Below, piece by piece: positions 31,401 through 39,912 of a DNA stretch of 64,000 bases. A model generated the notes under the pieces. That model saw nothing but the letters and a program-made list of their open reading frames with translations. It did not search any database and had not been told where the DNA came from. The stretch spans positions 32,001 through 96,000 of IMG/VR virus record IMGVR_UViG_3300037808_000364; one strand, 5' to 3'. The DNA is from a virus. Positions within the stretch are counted from its first letter, which is position 1. Every line of letters begins with the position of its first letter. Both the position numbers and the translations under genes were made by a program.

Positions 31401-33078
31401 CAGCAAGATGATACCAGACGCCTGTACTTAAAGCCCCTCCACTAGCTTGAGCACCGGACGTATCATAATGCTGTGCCACGATGTTGCCTGATTCATACGC
31501 CAAACTTAGGACGTTGGCGTTTGTGTTCCCGGCGTTTAACGTGATAATCCGTCTAATGCCAGACCAGCTATCAGCCTTCACCCATGCGGAAAACGTACAC
31601 CCAACGTCGGTGACTGCTGCCGGGCAGTCGACATAATCATCCGTCCCATTAAACACGAATTCAGTATCCGTGCTGTCCGCTGCAACATTGGTTCCCGTGA
31701 ACGTCCCATAGTTGCAGTGGTTGCTCAAATCCCGCTCACCACTTGCAGCCTCAAGATGCAGAACCGTACCAGGAATCTGTCTCACTGGTAGAGGGGGTTC
31801 ATAGCCGGGAACACCTTCGTAGAGGGATAAGACTTGTGCGGCGGTGAGTTCTACATTGAACACCCTAACTTCGCCTACAGCTCCCGTAAAATATCTCGCG
31901 GGGCTGTTGTTGCCGCCTATCGTAAGTGGACTCGATGGGTTCGATCCTATTGCACCCGGCCCACCTCCTGATTCAGTTAGGGCAACGCTCACCCCGTTCA
32001 CATAGATTGCATTCGTTGCACCGTCAGTGCCGTGAGTTATAACTACGTGGTTCCACACGTCCTTTGTAAGTTCTGCCGATGTAGTTACCGTGAACGCACT
32101 TGCACCGGTTCCGAACGCTAGTTTAGTCGAGGCTGTATCTACAATTTCCACCCACCACCCATAGCTTCCGCTATTCCACTTCGTAATCACGTCTCTGTAA
32201 GTCGCGGATTGAGTTGCTGGCTTGACCCAAAACGCTATTGACATATCAGTCAAAGCGTCAGCCACGTTGCCGCAGTCTATGTAATCACCAGTACCATCAA
32301 ACTCGTAACGACGCCCAACAACCGCAGCATCACCTTCATAGCTCCCCGGATCCTGCGTTCCCGACTGATCAACTAATCCCGTCTCAGGTCTCAGGTGTAA
32401 TACAGTCCCAGCGATATCTGGACGGGCAGTGGCGTTGTAGAGTTCTCGTATTTCGGTGAGGGTGATAGCTCGGGAGATGATTTGAGGATCTCTAACAGCC
32501 CCGTCAAGGAATCGATCTATTGTGCCCGATACAAACCCCGCACCAATGGTCACATTTGCTGTGGTGCTTTGGGGAGCGGTTGACTCGACTGCCGTAGCTA
32601 CCTGTTCGCCATCGACGTATAGCGTCCAATTAGCCCCGTCGTACACTCCAACTATGTGATACCACTGACCTGTACCGATGTTTAGATTATGAGTCCACAC
32701 AACCCCTTTAAATGCCGATCCAGTCCAAGTGAACCAACGAAGTTCACCAGTCGAGGTAAATCCAAGATGGAAACCTTCCGGTGCCGATAGACCTCCTTTA
32801 GCGACTATGACTGAGCGAGTATCGCCAGATGGAGGAGGAAGTGCATCCACTCTAACAAAAGCAGAAACGGTAAGATTGCCTGTGATGTCTAGCGAATCAT
32901 CGTTGCCACAATCTATGTAGTCGTTTGTACCATCGAATTCAAAAGCGTCATCAACAACGGAAGCTCCATTAGTGTACGTACCATCATTGCCGTAATTCGA
33001 CTGATCGGTCACGCCGGTAGCGGCCTGTAGACGGAGTACAGTGTCTTTGAGGTTACGTGTTTCTGATAAGATCGTCAA
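25456..33078 (-). CDS. Giant LamG/concanavalin-like repeat protein (2540 aa; 2 x 6 domains), putative glycan-binding appendage
   Basis: Twelve units of VLxL...DxSxxGNxGT...F(D/N/E)GxxDY...W.H...Y.DG...D.R...RAL; second half restarts near 29313 (TICSETRQLKDTVL vs TILSETRNLKDTVL). Confidence 0.9.
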   Translation of the reverse strand: MTILSETRNLKDTVLRLQAATGVTDQSNYGNDGTYTNGASVVDDAFEFDGTNDYIDCGNDDSLDITGNLTVSAFVRVDALPPPSGDTRSVIVAKGGLSAPEGFHLGFTSTGELRWFTWTGSAFKGVVWTHNLNIGTGQWYHIVGVYDGANWTLYVDGEQVATAVESTAPQSTTANVTIGAGFVSGTIDRFLDGAVRDPQIISRAITLTEIRELYNATARPDIAGTVLHLRPETGLVDQSGTQDPGSYEGDAAVVGRRYEFDGTGDYIDCGNVADALTDMSIAFWVKPATQSATYRDVITKWNSGSYGWWVEIVDTASTKLAFGTGASAFTVTTSAELTKDVWNHVVITHGTDGATNAIYVNGVSVALTESGGGPGAIGSNPSSPLTIGGNNSPARYFTGAVGEVRVFNVELTAAQVLSLYEGVPGYEPPLPVRQIPGTVLHLEAASGERDLSNHCNYGTFTGTNVAADSTDTEFVFNGTDDYVDCPAAVTDVGCTFSAWVKADSWSGIRRIITLNAGNTNANVLSLAYESGNIVAQHYDTSGAQASGGALSTGVWYHLAAVFTSNASRSIYVDGALISTDTTSQSALTGLDNISIGDIYWSTGRLQQFDGSIDDARIISRALSAGEIALLFNKGVRGYRPVGLLGGEVLALHPSRHDVGVLPGTVLQLDGKTGIADQSPAGNDGTYNGGMGVTDGKFVFDGTDDNISCPIVTPTSWTLAARINSDNLSANRRLALYVGDGGSNGFGIASSGNVTGRISVLFGGVAWNDSASSYTAGVDTHIVATWDGTTLTIYKDGSSVLSSTPTAPITPTGQVTVGDDNSTNSAHIGTVDDIRILDRALSAAEVLSLYNNDISDESGNGNDASMNNGVYVGENNDIVFEGGTDNITIPNTSVWGSYAFSAWITRTSTAGFCLVSSSVYYVGLGLDGSASASQNGANYSMYVDGVNIGYNPNRDAVFDAIPVDQRVHVVLNISTTTNWGTVPLYFGSYKTTSFGLVGSMEDVRWFDRSLVEAERLFLGSEVEVEVPNTKGSALSIVPSYDDWGNATLNALDFSGGGNVGTLTNMTTGDWIADTDSGGTRALDFDGTNDYVDIVDSSTADSNSPTVTFWFKTAGAGAGYRGVIVKKLAYGIFFNGNELGFYDWTGGSWRGSGSSYTDDIWHHACFVFRNGVSSGTDMYVDGVLLASALNTVSNQNAGLWLGGGDTPGQYANADLDDVYVWDRALSLDEIKALASTRNYFDPSLLVAPVAPVVPPLTTICSETRQLKDTVLNLRASTGVTDQTNYGNDGTYQGGMGVTDEAFLFEGVGDYINVPNVGEFASGESFTSSAWIKVTALPPFASSILVKGYGTAGQVNPWWMLLIDGAGAIGLQTRNAASATSTATGGDVSDGAWHFVTGVYDAVSATLTTYIDAVSVATASGVAAGAYGTNSGDLEIGGTHLDRWWTGSIKDVRIIPRAITVTEIRELFNATARPDIAGTVLHLRPETGLVDQSGTQDPAAYNGGMGVVGRRYVFDGTDDYVRVTAPTAASEITISMHLTPASIGSLVLPYALVPGGNGHQIRIEASGKVGVLFNNISVINGTTILSAGTEYHIAATNNGTTSKLYIDGVEEASGSQTYYVPTGEGIIGAASNGTGFYLNGSIRDFRMFDVAITAAQVLTLYEGVPGYEPALPTRQIADTVLHLQADSGERDLSNHGNYGTFTGTDIAANSTDTEFVFNGTDDYIDCGEVISGTGSFSVSCWVKFDVVTSSYQGIVDQWHSLSGSLLWLSNNNKFRFEIDGYAATYSTTVAVADTWYHVCCVYDGVTRDLYVNGVLEGSVSQTSRVNAALDSLIGDGSRGGGGYLDGELDDIRILDRALSAGEVALQYNKGVRGYRPVGLLGGEVLALNMSRHDVGVLPDTVLQLDGKTGVTDQSPMGNDGTYNGGMGVTDGKFVFDGTDDHISVPETDWTFAGDFTISVRVKFNSYINYQNVISTTTDSNANFGFWVEFGTGRGFTLTSNGSFVLQDNLVSLTALNTGQWYHFLITRVGTAVSGWMDGVQFGSATSSATIGNTVNPLLIGKYAANHSANRVDGEVDDIRIMQTGSTTAQINTLYNNDISDESGNGNHGTLTNGAYVGESDEIVFDGVDDYVNFPDQTLPTGVTDLSVSLWCKADDTAAEYRAFAYNTNDVFISLIVNQGGTANRIQGLVHASGSTAVTTDAYTVTDWIHIAVTATESDRFDLYVNGVLVGSDSSIGTFAVTSGSPTYNNFGASRINTIPFRGSMKDCRVFDRALTAAEVAFLASEAEVEVPNTKGSVLSIVPSYDDWGNATLNAMDFSGNGNVGTLTNMTTGDWVADTSEGGTRALDFDGSDDYALFGAKILDGASTFTLAAWVRPDSFTNNGYIFGNSNSAATESYYMFLRASPAGSIDVQFGDGSTLCGDSTNDGTVVPTGSWSFVAAVVDASNITRYLDGVQVGTIDSHSCSGGVVANGNDYIGNINFNNSGPQASRYFDGDIDDVYVWDRALSLDEIKALASTRNYFDCPIITANLFGDAVKMLMGQTH
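25556..29441. repeat. 46-bp identical direct repeat (25556-25601 and 29396-29441) marking the internal duplication
   Basis: ATTTCGTCGAGGGATAGGGCACGGTCCCAGACGTAAACGTCATCGA occurs twice, 3840 bp apart; 27437-27487 and 31136-31186 also match at 50/51. Confidence 0.9.
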
Positions 33079-33080
33079 TG

Positions 33081-33953
33081 TTACGCTCCATTCCCATCTA
33101 CACTGGCGAGAAGTTCATCTGCCCTAGTTTGCCATTCAGCAGCAGTAGTGCCCTCAAATGATGACAAATTGACCATCACGTTATGGTGTTTTTCTGACAC
33201 GGGAAAAAAGATAGCATTCGCCGCTCCAGTTTCGCTGGTGTATGTCGCTTTCGCCGCTGTTGTCGCAGCCTGAAATGTGGCATTAGCCGCATCTAAAGCG
33301 ATCCGCGAGGCTTCCTCTTCAGTGGCGAGGGCAGAATTTGCTACCCCAGTCTGACTTGTATACGTATCATTTGCGACGGTTGTAGCAGCTTGAAATATAA
33401 CACTGGCCGCATCAACAGTAGTCTGCGAGATTGCCTCTGTGTCACGTACAATCCACGCGATCTCAAAGTCAAGGGCCGTAGTAGTATCGGGGACACCCTC
33501 CTTGTTGGCTGGAGATACATGAGTAATCCCAAGGGCGAGGATTGCTGCCAGTTGATCCGCTGACCATGCTGCACCAAGTTCCGTGATCGTCGCCTGTCGG
33601 TCTGCCTGATACAGTTGAAGCTGACTATTGCCTAAAGCGTTCTGGGCGAGTTTTAATTCCCCCAAACCCGCAGCACCTACGGCGTCTCCCGCAGCCCGTG
33701 CCGCCTCTTTATCGGCAATGGCTCCGTCCAGAGTGTCAGCAAATGCACGTCGTGCAACAAGTCCCTCTGCCTCTCCCAAAGCAGCGGACAGCCTATCTCC
33801 TATCAATGATAGGGAGTACCGCGTCTGGTCTTCTACTACAATGGTCTTGGCGTGAGCCGCAGTAGCGACCGCAGCAAAATCACCTGCGTCGGCAGTCGCC
33901 GTGAGGTCGTATTCAGTAATTAGATTAACTAATTGATGTTGTTCCATATTCAT
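33081..33953 (-). CDS. Ala-rich hypothetical protein with internal ~30-aa duplication (290 aa)
   Basis: DAASVIFQAATTVANDTYTSQTGVAN / DAANATFQAATTAAKATYTSETGAAN; GGAG RBS. Confidence 0.7.
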   Translation of the reverse strand: MNMEQHQLVNLITEYDLTATADAGDFAAVATAAHAKTIVVEDQTRYSLSLIGDRLSAALGEAEGLVARRAFADTLDGAIADKEAARAAGDAVGAAGLGELKLAQNALGNSQLQLYQADRQATITELGAAWSADQLAAILALGITHVSPANKEGVPDTTTALDFEIAWIVRDTEAISQTTVDAASVIFQAATTVANDTYTSQTGVANSALATEEEASRIALDAANATFQAATTAAKATYTSETGAANAIFFPVSEKHHNVMVNLSSFEGTTAAEWQTRADELLASVDGNGA

Positions 33954-33967
33954 ATCTAAATCTCCAG

Positions 33968-36900
33968 TTAAGCGGCAACGTCAGTTGCAGCGAGATACAT
34001 AACGGCTCCATCATATCGCCACGTAACGATACGAATGGCTGAGACGGCATCAGAACTCCATGTGGGTTCTGTTCCCATCCATTTGAAAGTGCCTGCACTG
34101 ACTGCCCATGTAATATCACGGGATGTCGTCGCATGTTGTTCTATGATTAGTGTCCCGGCTGCAGATCCACTTGGAACCGTGAGCGTTACCGTCGTATCAC
34201 CAGTTGTCGAGGTTAGGTCCAACGTCTGGTGATTGTTATCGTCCAGTGTGATTGTCTGCGTTGTGCCAGTTGGCAGTGAAGTGACTTCGGTAGCCTGGTG
34301 GATGGCTTGGATTTCGCCAGTTGCAAATCTCAATTCTCCGGTCTTGTCGGAAGCAGTGCCGTTCCCTAGTGCGACGATGCCCGAGGATATCTCTGTAAAC
34401 GCGGTAACGATTGACCCGGACGCCTGTGCCGTACTCGACCAGCCAATCCTCGCACCGGTCGTCGTAATAATTCGATCATTACCAAGCACAGTCGCGTCGG
34501 CGTTGTTCGCCCTGACTGTGATCCGGCCTGAGACGTTTTTGAATCCGTACCAGTCTTTCCCGTCGGGCCGGTCAAAGTACAATCCGCCGCCAACGTGCAA
34601 GCCTTTGGTGAATTGGAATCGGTCAGTCGATTCATCCCAGTGCAGTAACGGACTGCCAGTGACGTTGACTTGTAGCAAATTGATGTCCGCGTCTGTGCCG
34701 TCGCCTACGGTCATTAGGCCGGTCGGTGAGACTAGCAGCACGTCATTGCTGCCGTTGTTGAATACTCCGAGTGAAGCAGTCTGGCCGACAGAACCTGTTG
34801 CAGTGATTGGGATCGTTCCGATAGCATCGGCAACCGCCGAGATTCCATACTCAGCATCAAACACGCCTGTCGTCTTGTGAAACCCTCCGCGTCGAGTGTT
34901 GTTTGTTGAGAACACGACATTGTGAGCAGAGAAGCTACCAAAGATCATGGCGTCTTCGGTGGACCCTAATTGTGTGGAACTCCAGTATTCAAGTGCTCCA
35001 CAAAAACCGGAAATCGATTGCCCTAGACATCTCCACCCAGCCCAGCCGCCGGAAGTGTGTGATCTTATCTCTGCGGCATATTCGTATGCAGTCAGCGAGT
35101 TGTTGACATTCAGTTGCCCGACAAAGTTTCCGTCTGTGGCATCGACTGTACCTACGTCATCGACGCTGAAGACACTGGAAGCATCAGTCTGAAGATCCAA
35201 CAGCAGCGAAGTGCCGGGAGATGCGGTATCAGTCTTTGATACCAGCAACCCCGTATCATCGCCGCTGGTCAACTTGTTCGTGGTGTAAGCAAGCGTGTTA
35301 GCAACCTCATTTCCGGTTGCTGCAGATAGTGTCCAGCTTGAAGCAACCGCACCTACGGTAAGAGTCAGTGACGGGTCAATTCTCGCTTCACCTGCTAACG
35401 ATGCAATTTGATACCCAATTGCGATTGTGTTCGCCACTGCGGTGACGTCGTATCCTATTCCTACCGATTTCTCACCTAATGATAATGAGTAGCCGATCCC
35501 TGTAGCACGTCCATTAGTGCATGTACCAAATGCTCCTACTATTGTATTTGATCCAAAGGGATGCCCTGTTGTGCCTTTCCCAATGATTGTTTCACCGCCA
35601 CCTGTTGTTGTGGCTCCCGCTCCTACAACTACTGTTCCAGTTGTCCCTGAAGAAGCAGAAGCACCATCACCGAATACTTCATTGTTTGTGCTGCCCTGAT
35701 TATTACTGAAGTCGCCTATCTCAGTAATGCGGGCCGCGTCACCAGCAGTGACACCGTCCGGAACCCATTCGGTGATATTGGCTGTCTGCCCTGCTGCTCC
35801 TGTGAAGGTTGCGACAACATCGGTGATTGCCGAAGCCGTCACCTGAATTCCATAGCCGTCCTGAGCAATAGTGGCAACTACCGTGGTCGTGTCTTTACCG
35901 ATGTCGATGCCGCCGGATGTGTTGCGTCCTATCCATTCATCCGGGGTATTGATATCTGCATCAGTGCAAAACTGCACGTTCACACTTTTGTTGAATCGTA
36001 CCTTCTCACCTAGCCCTACTAAATTCTGACTTGAGGCATCTCTGACTTCAAACCCGTAATTTATACTAGCGGATGATCCAAACCAGTGGAATGATCCCTG
36101 TTGAATCTTGAGTCTGTCGGCTGTCACTAGTCCGTTGTCGTCAATTGATGCTTTAGAAGCCCCGCCAACTTGACAGTCAAGCAGCAACGAAGTTCCGGGA
36201 CTCGCAGTGTCAGTCTTACTAATCAGCAGGCCAGTATCGTCGCCTGAAGTCAACTTGTTGGTCGTGTAGCTGAGCGTGTTGGCTATCTCGTTACCTGTTG
36301 CGTCACCCATTGTGGACGTTGCAGAGATGTAACTAGCATTAAGTCCGGCCAGCGTAAGATTTCCGTCAATCGCTCCGGCTGCTCCCGTACCTAGTCCCAT
36401 TGATCCGGCAGCCAATCGGCTGATAGCTACGTCTAAGGTGACTGCTGACGTGAAAAGGTTGGCGTTGTCCGAAAATCCGAACGGCTTATCCATCGCGGTC
36501 CCTACGCCATTGTTTCCCGCGAAAAAAGAAGGGAACACGGCTCCTAACACTACGCCGTTTCCTACACTGCCTGCCATCCCTCTGCCACGAATGAACCCAT
36601 CATTACTCAACTTGATAGTGGTGTCGCCGTTCGAGTCGTAAATCCGGACCTTATCCCCAGCAGAACCTCCATCGCTTGTGATGTTGAGGAAGTTCCCAGT
36701 CTGACCAGCCGCAAGATTCGCAGTAATCGGAACGTCGGTGATTGCACTTGCATTAACCGTCAACGATTGTTCAATGTTCGTGAAGTCTTCGAGGTTGATC
36801 CCATTGTTACCCGCGTACAACCATGTCCCGAACTGGTTCGCACTGAATACGTTTGACTCCTTCACCTGTATTTGTGCGTAATGTGTGCCAGCGTCCCCCG

Positions 36901-39781
36901 ACTTCCCTGCAACAAGTCGGGCCGTCTTACTCGTTCCCGTGGAGGTCAATATGAAATGTTTAGTGGTCTCATGGATACCGTTGGAACCAAGAAAGAGGTT
37001 GTCGCCCCCGGAGCCTCCGTCGTTGTTGATGTCGAGAATGTGCCCGGTGTGACCACTGGCAAGAGTTATCGTTGCGGGAATGTCCGCTGCATCAGTAGCA
37101 GTTAAGGCCGTCGTCCTTGCAGTGATGTTACCTGTCACGGCTACGCCATCTGTTGAATTCCCAAGTGTCAACAGTCCATCAGGTACTATGGAAATAGGGG
37201 CAGACGATGATGGCGTCGAAATCGTGATTCCGGCTGATGAGCCTCCAGTTATCGAGAACCATCCGTTACCAAGAATCGTAGACGAACCTGTTACGTCAAA
37301 ATTGCCCGTGACTTTTGAGCGTCCTGCCGATGGCTGAGATACCCCGCCTATATGTGCTTGGCCGTTCGCAAAAAACCTATGACTTCCAGCAATCTCCGTT
37401 GCTCCGTCTGCTTCCACCTTAAACACATCACCCGCCGACGTGCCTGTTGTTGAGATCTGAAAAGCATTCGCCGATTGTGCTGCTGCTAGTTCGAGGCTTA
37501 GTGGGATGTCGGTGGCTGCGGGTGCTGTTACGTCGAGCAGACCGGCTTGGAATGTGCCGAGGGTGGTGCCGTTCCAGACCTTGACAGCATTCGCCGCATC
37601 ACGGGAAAGCCTTGTGTCGTCCGCGTCTGTGGAATTTACAGTAGACGACCAGCTTACCGAACCCCCAGAACCAAGTCGCATGCCCCCCACAAATCCGAGC
37701 GAGTTTGCACCGCCTCCACCTCCATCGGAAAAATGGACTTGACTCCCGACCGTAAAAAACCCGACTGTCGGACTTGCTGAAAAAGAAATCGCCGGAAGAG
37801 TTTTGGATCCTGCGGCATGGAGTACAGCACCCGCGAATGTGGCAGCTTCTGCCTCGATATGATGATCTCCAAACACCTGAAATCCACCAGATTGACCATA
37901 TCGGTTGAGCGACATGACGATATCGCCAGCACCGGATCGTGCCGAGTCCCCCTGAACGAACAAGGCTGGCTCAGAGGAATCGCCCCGGATCGTTGCTCTG
38001 GCCCCGTCTGCATTAGTAGTGCCAACGTACAGTCGCCCCCCACTAGCTACCCTTAACAAATCGCCCGCCGACGTGCCTGCCGATGAGATCTGAAAAGCAT
38101 TGGCTGATTGTGCTGCTGCGAGTTCGAGTGATAACGGAACGTCCGTGGCTGCGGCACTGACGATGTCCAGCATGGCATCTGGTGTGGTGTCATTAATGCC
38201 GAGCTTGCCCTCCCCGGTGAGCCGCATATGCTCATCTTGCCCCACATTAAAAAGCATGTAGTTTGATGCGTTCGTGCCCCCATTGTAGTACGATATCGCC
38301 CCCCTAGAGCCGTAAGCCCCGTTGGCAAAATACAGATGGCATAACTCAGTCGTGTCGGATCGAATCCTAATTACGGGAGCATCTCCCGCTTCTCCTTCGA
38401 GGGACAATATAGTCCCATCCCACGTAGGCCCGTCTGTCTGTACATCTCCAGAGCCATCACGATATAAGATACCACTATCAGACCCACTAGATAGATTAAC
38501 ACCACTAACCGTTATACCGCTAGTAGTGACAGATCCACGGTCTGTGACACCCTGTAGATCAAACGTTGTATTTGCCCAACCAGACACAGAAACCGCAGAG
38601 TGATCTTGGCTGTCTACATATGTCTGGAAGTATCCGCTAACAGCAGTATCTCCAGAGGCAATGGTATCGGAGGCCCATCCACTAACAGCCGTAGCTTCGC
38701 CTCCGCCTCCGCCTCCGCCTCCGCCAGCAGTACTCTGGAATGTACCATCTTGGAATCGAATACCGCTAGTAAGATAGAGTTCATCCATCCTACCACTACC
38801 GTTAACGTCTAACTCATATAGAGGATTATCATTCAGGATACCTATTTTACCACCGCTATCTATGACAGAGAGGATAGTGTCATCATATAGACTCCATCTC
38901 TGTAAGTCAGTAATGGGTGCTGGGGGGCCAGTGACTACAAGACTAGGGTTAGCACTAGATGTAGTTTCTATATAAACGCCAGTTAAAGAGCTAGCACGAA
39001 AAACCGTGTTGGTATCGTGATAGACAGTAAACCCTATACCGTCTGAAATAGAAGCATAGTTATTCGTATTACTAACCATGCCAGCAGACCCGTCTTTAGC
39101 AAAGACATAGGCAAAGGTAGGAGGAGCTGTTTGGCTAGTAGGATTAGATTTGAGACCCAGCTTCCACATGGGAGAAGCATTACCATCAAAATGTAGAGCG
39201 GCAGTTTGTTCTGTCCCATCTTCTTTATATGCGTGGAAGAAGTTGCCAGCGTCACCGTTAGGTCTAATTAGGGTCAAAAATCCACTAGATACAATATCTC
39301 CAGACGACGAAATATCATCAACGCCGAATAAACTACCTACGACAGTAAGGTCTCCACTAACGAGAACGTCGTTGCCAAAAACCGCATCTCCTGAGTTAGA
39401 CAGGGTGTTAGAAATAATACCAGAAGAGTTTAGCTCTAATGTACTAATATCAACAACGTAAGTGCCACTGGCTTCGTTCTGTATAATAGCCTTGTCTGCG
39501 GGTAGGGTACAGAAAACCGTAGAAACACCCTCAAGATTGATCTTAGCTCCACCAGCAGAACTATCAAAAACCACATCTCGCGATAGAGTATCTCCACTAA
39601 GGGTGTAAACCCCCTGCCCAACTTCCCAACGCACGCCGTTTTCAATACAGTAATACGTAGTGTTGCCGTCCCCAATACCCGTTTGAAAGGATTGAAATCC
39701 GCCAAAAGCAGAGTCGAATACAACTACACCACTACCTGTAGTAAGTGAGGATTCTTTTACTCTATCTGATATGATTAACAT
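33968..39781 (-). CDS. Long fibre protein (1937 aa), mosaic with internal repeats
   Basis: N-terminal SDRVKE...TTGSG anchor paralogous to 18232..22977; G(K/R)xGI...P...LD(V/I) fibre motifs; repeated TD(V/I)PLSLELAAAQSANAFQIS and ATGNExANTLxYTTNKLTSGDDTGLL blocks. Confidence 0.8.
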   Translation of the reverse strand: MLIISDRVKESSLTTGSGVVVFDSAFGGFQSFQTGIGDGNTTYYCIENGVRWEVGQGVYTLSGDTLSRDVVFDSSAGGAKINLEGVSTVFCTLPADKAIIQNEASGTYVVDISTLELNSSGIISNTLSNSGDAVFGNDVLVSGDLTVVGSLFGVDDISSSGDIVSSGFLTLIRPNGDAGNFFHAYKEDGTEQTAALHFDGNASPMWKLGLKSNPTSQTAPPTFAYVFAKDGSAGMVSNTNNYASISDGIGFTVYHDTNTVFRASSLTGVYIETTSSANPSLVVTGPPAPITDLQRWSLYDDTILSVIDSGGKIGILNDNPLYELDVNGSGRMDELYLTSGIRFQDGTFQSTAGGGGGGGGGEATAVSGWASDTIASGDTAVSGYFQTYVDSQDHSAVSVSGWANTTFDLQGVTDRGSVTTSGITVSGVNLSSGSDSGILYRDGSGDVQTDGPTWDGTILSLEGEAGDAPVIRIRSDTTELCHLYFANGAYGSRGAISYYNGGTNASNYMLFNVGQDEHMRLTGEGKLGINDTTPDAMLDIVSAAATDVPLSLELAAAQSANAFQISSAGTSAGDLLRVASGGRLYVGTTNADGARATIRGDSSEPALFVQGDSARSGAGDIVMSLNRYGQSGGFQVFGDHHIEAEAATFAGAVLHAAGSKTLPAISFSASPTVGFFTVGSQVHFSDGGGGGANSLGFVGGMRLGSGGSVSWSSTVNSTDADDTRLSRDAANAVKVWNGTTLGTFQAGLLDVTAPAATDIPLSLELAAAQSANAFQISTTGTSAGDVFKVEADGATEIAGSHRFFANGQAHIGGVSQPSAGRSKVTGNFDVTGSSTILGNGWFSITGGSSAGITISTPSSSAPISIVPDGLLTLGNSTDGVAVTGNITARTTALTATDAADIPATITLASGHTGHILDINNDGGSGGDNLFLGSNGIHETTKHFILTSTGTSKTARLVAGKSGDAGTHYAQIQVKESNVFSANQFGTWLYAGNNGINLEDFTNIEQSLTVNASAITDVPITANLAAGQTGNFLNITSDGGSAGDKVRIYDSNGDTTIKLSNDGFIRGRGMAGSVGNGVVLGAVFPSFFAGNNGVGTAMDKPFGFSDNANLFTSAVTLDVAISRLAAGSMGLGTGAAGAIDGNLTLAGLNASYISATSTMGDATGNEIANTLSYTTNKLTSGDDTGLLISKTDTASPGTSLLLDCQVGGASKASIDDNGLVTADRLKIQQGSFHWFGSSASINYGFEVRDASSQNLVGLGEKVRFNKSVNVQFCTDADINTPDEWIGRNTSGGIDIGKDTTTVVATIAQDGYGIQVTASAITDVVATFTGAAGQTANITEWVPDGVTAGDAARITEIGDFSNNQGSTNNEVFGDGASASSGTTGTVVVGAGATTTGGGETIIGKGTTGHPFGSNTIVGAFGTCTNGRATGIGYSLSLGEKSVGIGYDVTAVANTIAIGYQIASLAGEARIDPSLTLTVGAVASSWTLSAATGNEVANTLAYTTNKLTSGDDTGLLVSKTDTASPGTSLLLDLQTDASSVFSVDDVGTVDATDGNFVGQLNVNNSLTAYEYAAEIRSHTSGGWAGWRCLGQSISGFCGALEYWSSTQLGSTEDAMIFGSFSAHNVVFSTNNTRRGGFHKTTGVFDAEYGISAVADAIGTIPITATGSVGQTASLGVFNNGSNDVLLVSPTGLMTVGDGTDADINLLQVNVTGSPLLHWDESTDRFQFTKGLHVGGGLYFDRPDGKDWYGFKNVSGRITVRANNADATVLGNDRIITTTGARIGWSSTAQASGSIVTAFTEISSGIVALGNGTASDKTGELRFATGEIQAIHQATEVTSLPTGTTQTITLDDNNHQTLDLTSTTGDTTVTLTVPSGSAAGTLIIEQHATTSRDITWAVSAGTFKWMGTEPTWSSDAVSAIRIVTWRYDGAVMYLAATDVAA

Positions 39782-39912
39782 AGTGTTTACCTGTACTATT
39801 AAAGGATTTTGTTATCCTGTCTGTGCCAAGACGGAACCGCTAGCTGTAGCAGTGTATGATTCCCTGATTCTGTCCGATATAATGAGCGTACTACACTTCT
39901 GTATTAGAAAAG

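Noticed and set aside
25456-33078. Diversity-generating retroelement (TR/VR) explanation for the repeats
   Set aside because: No reverse transcriptase in the window; differences are not adenine-specific and include length changes; both copies are coding.
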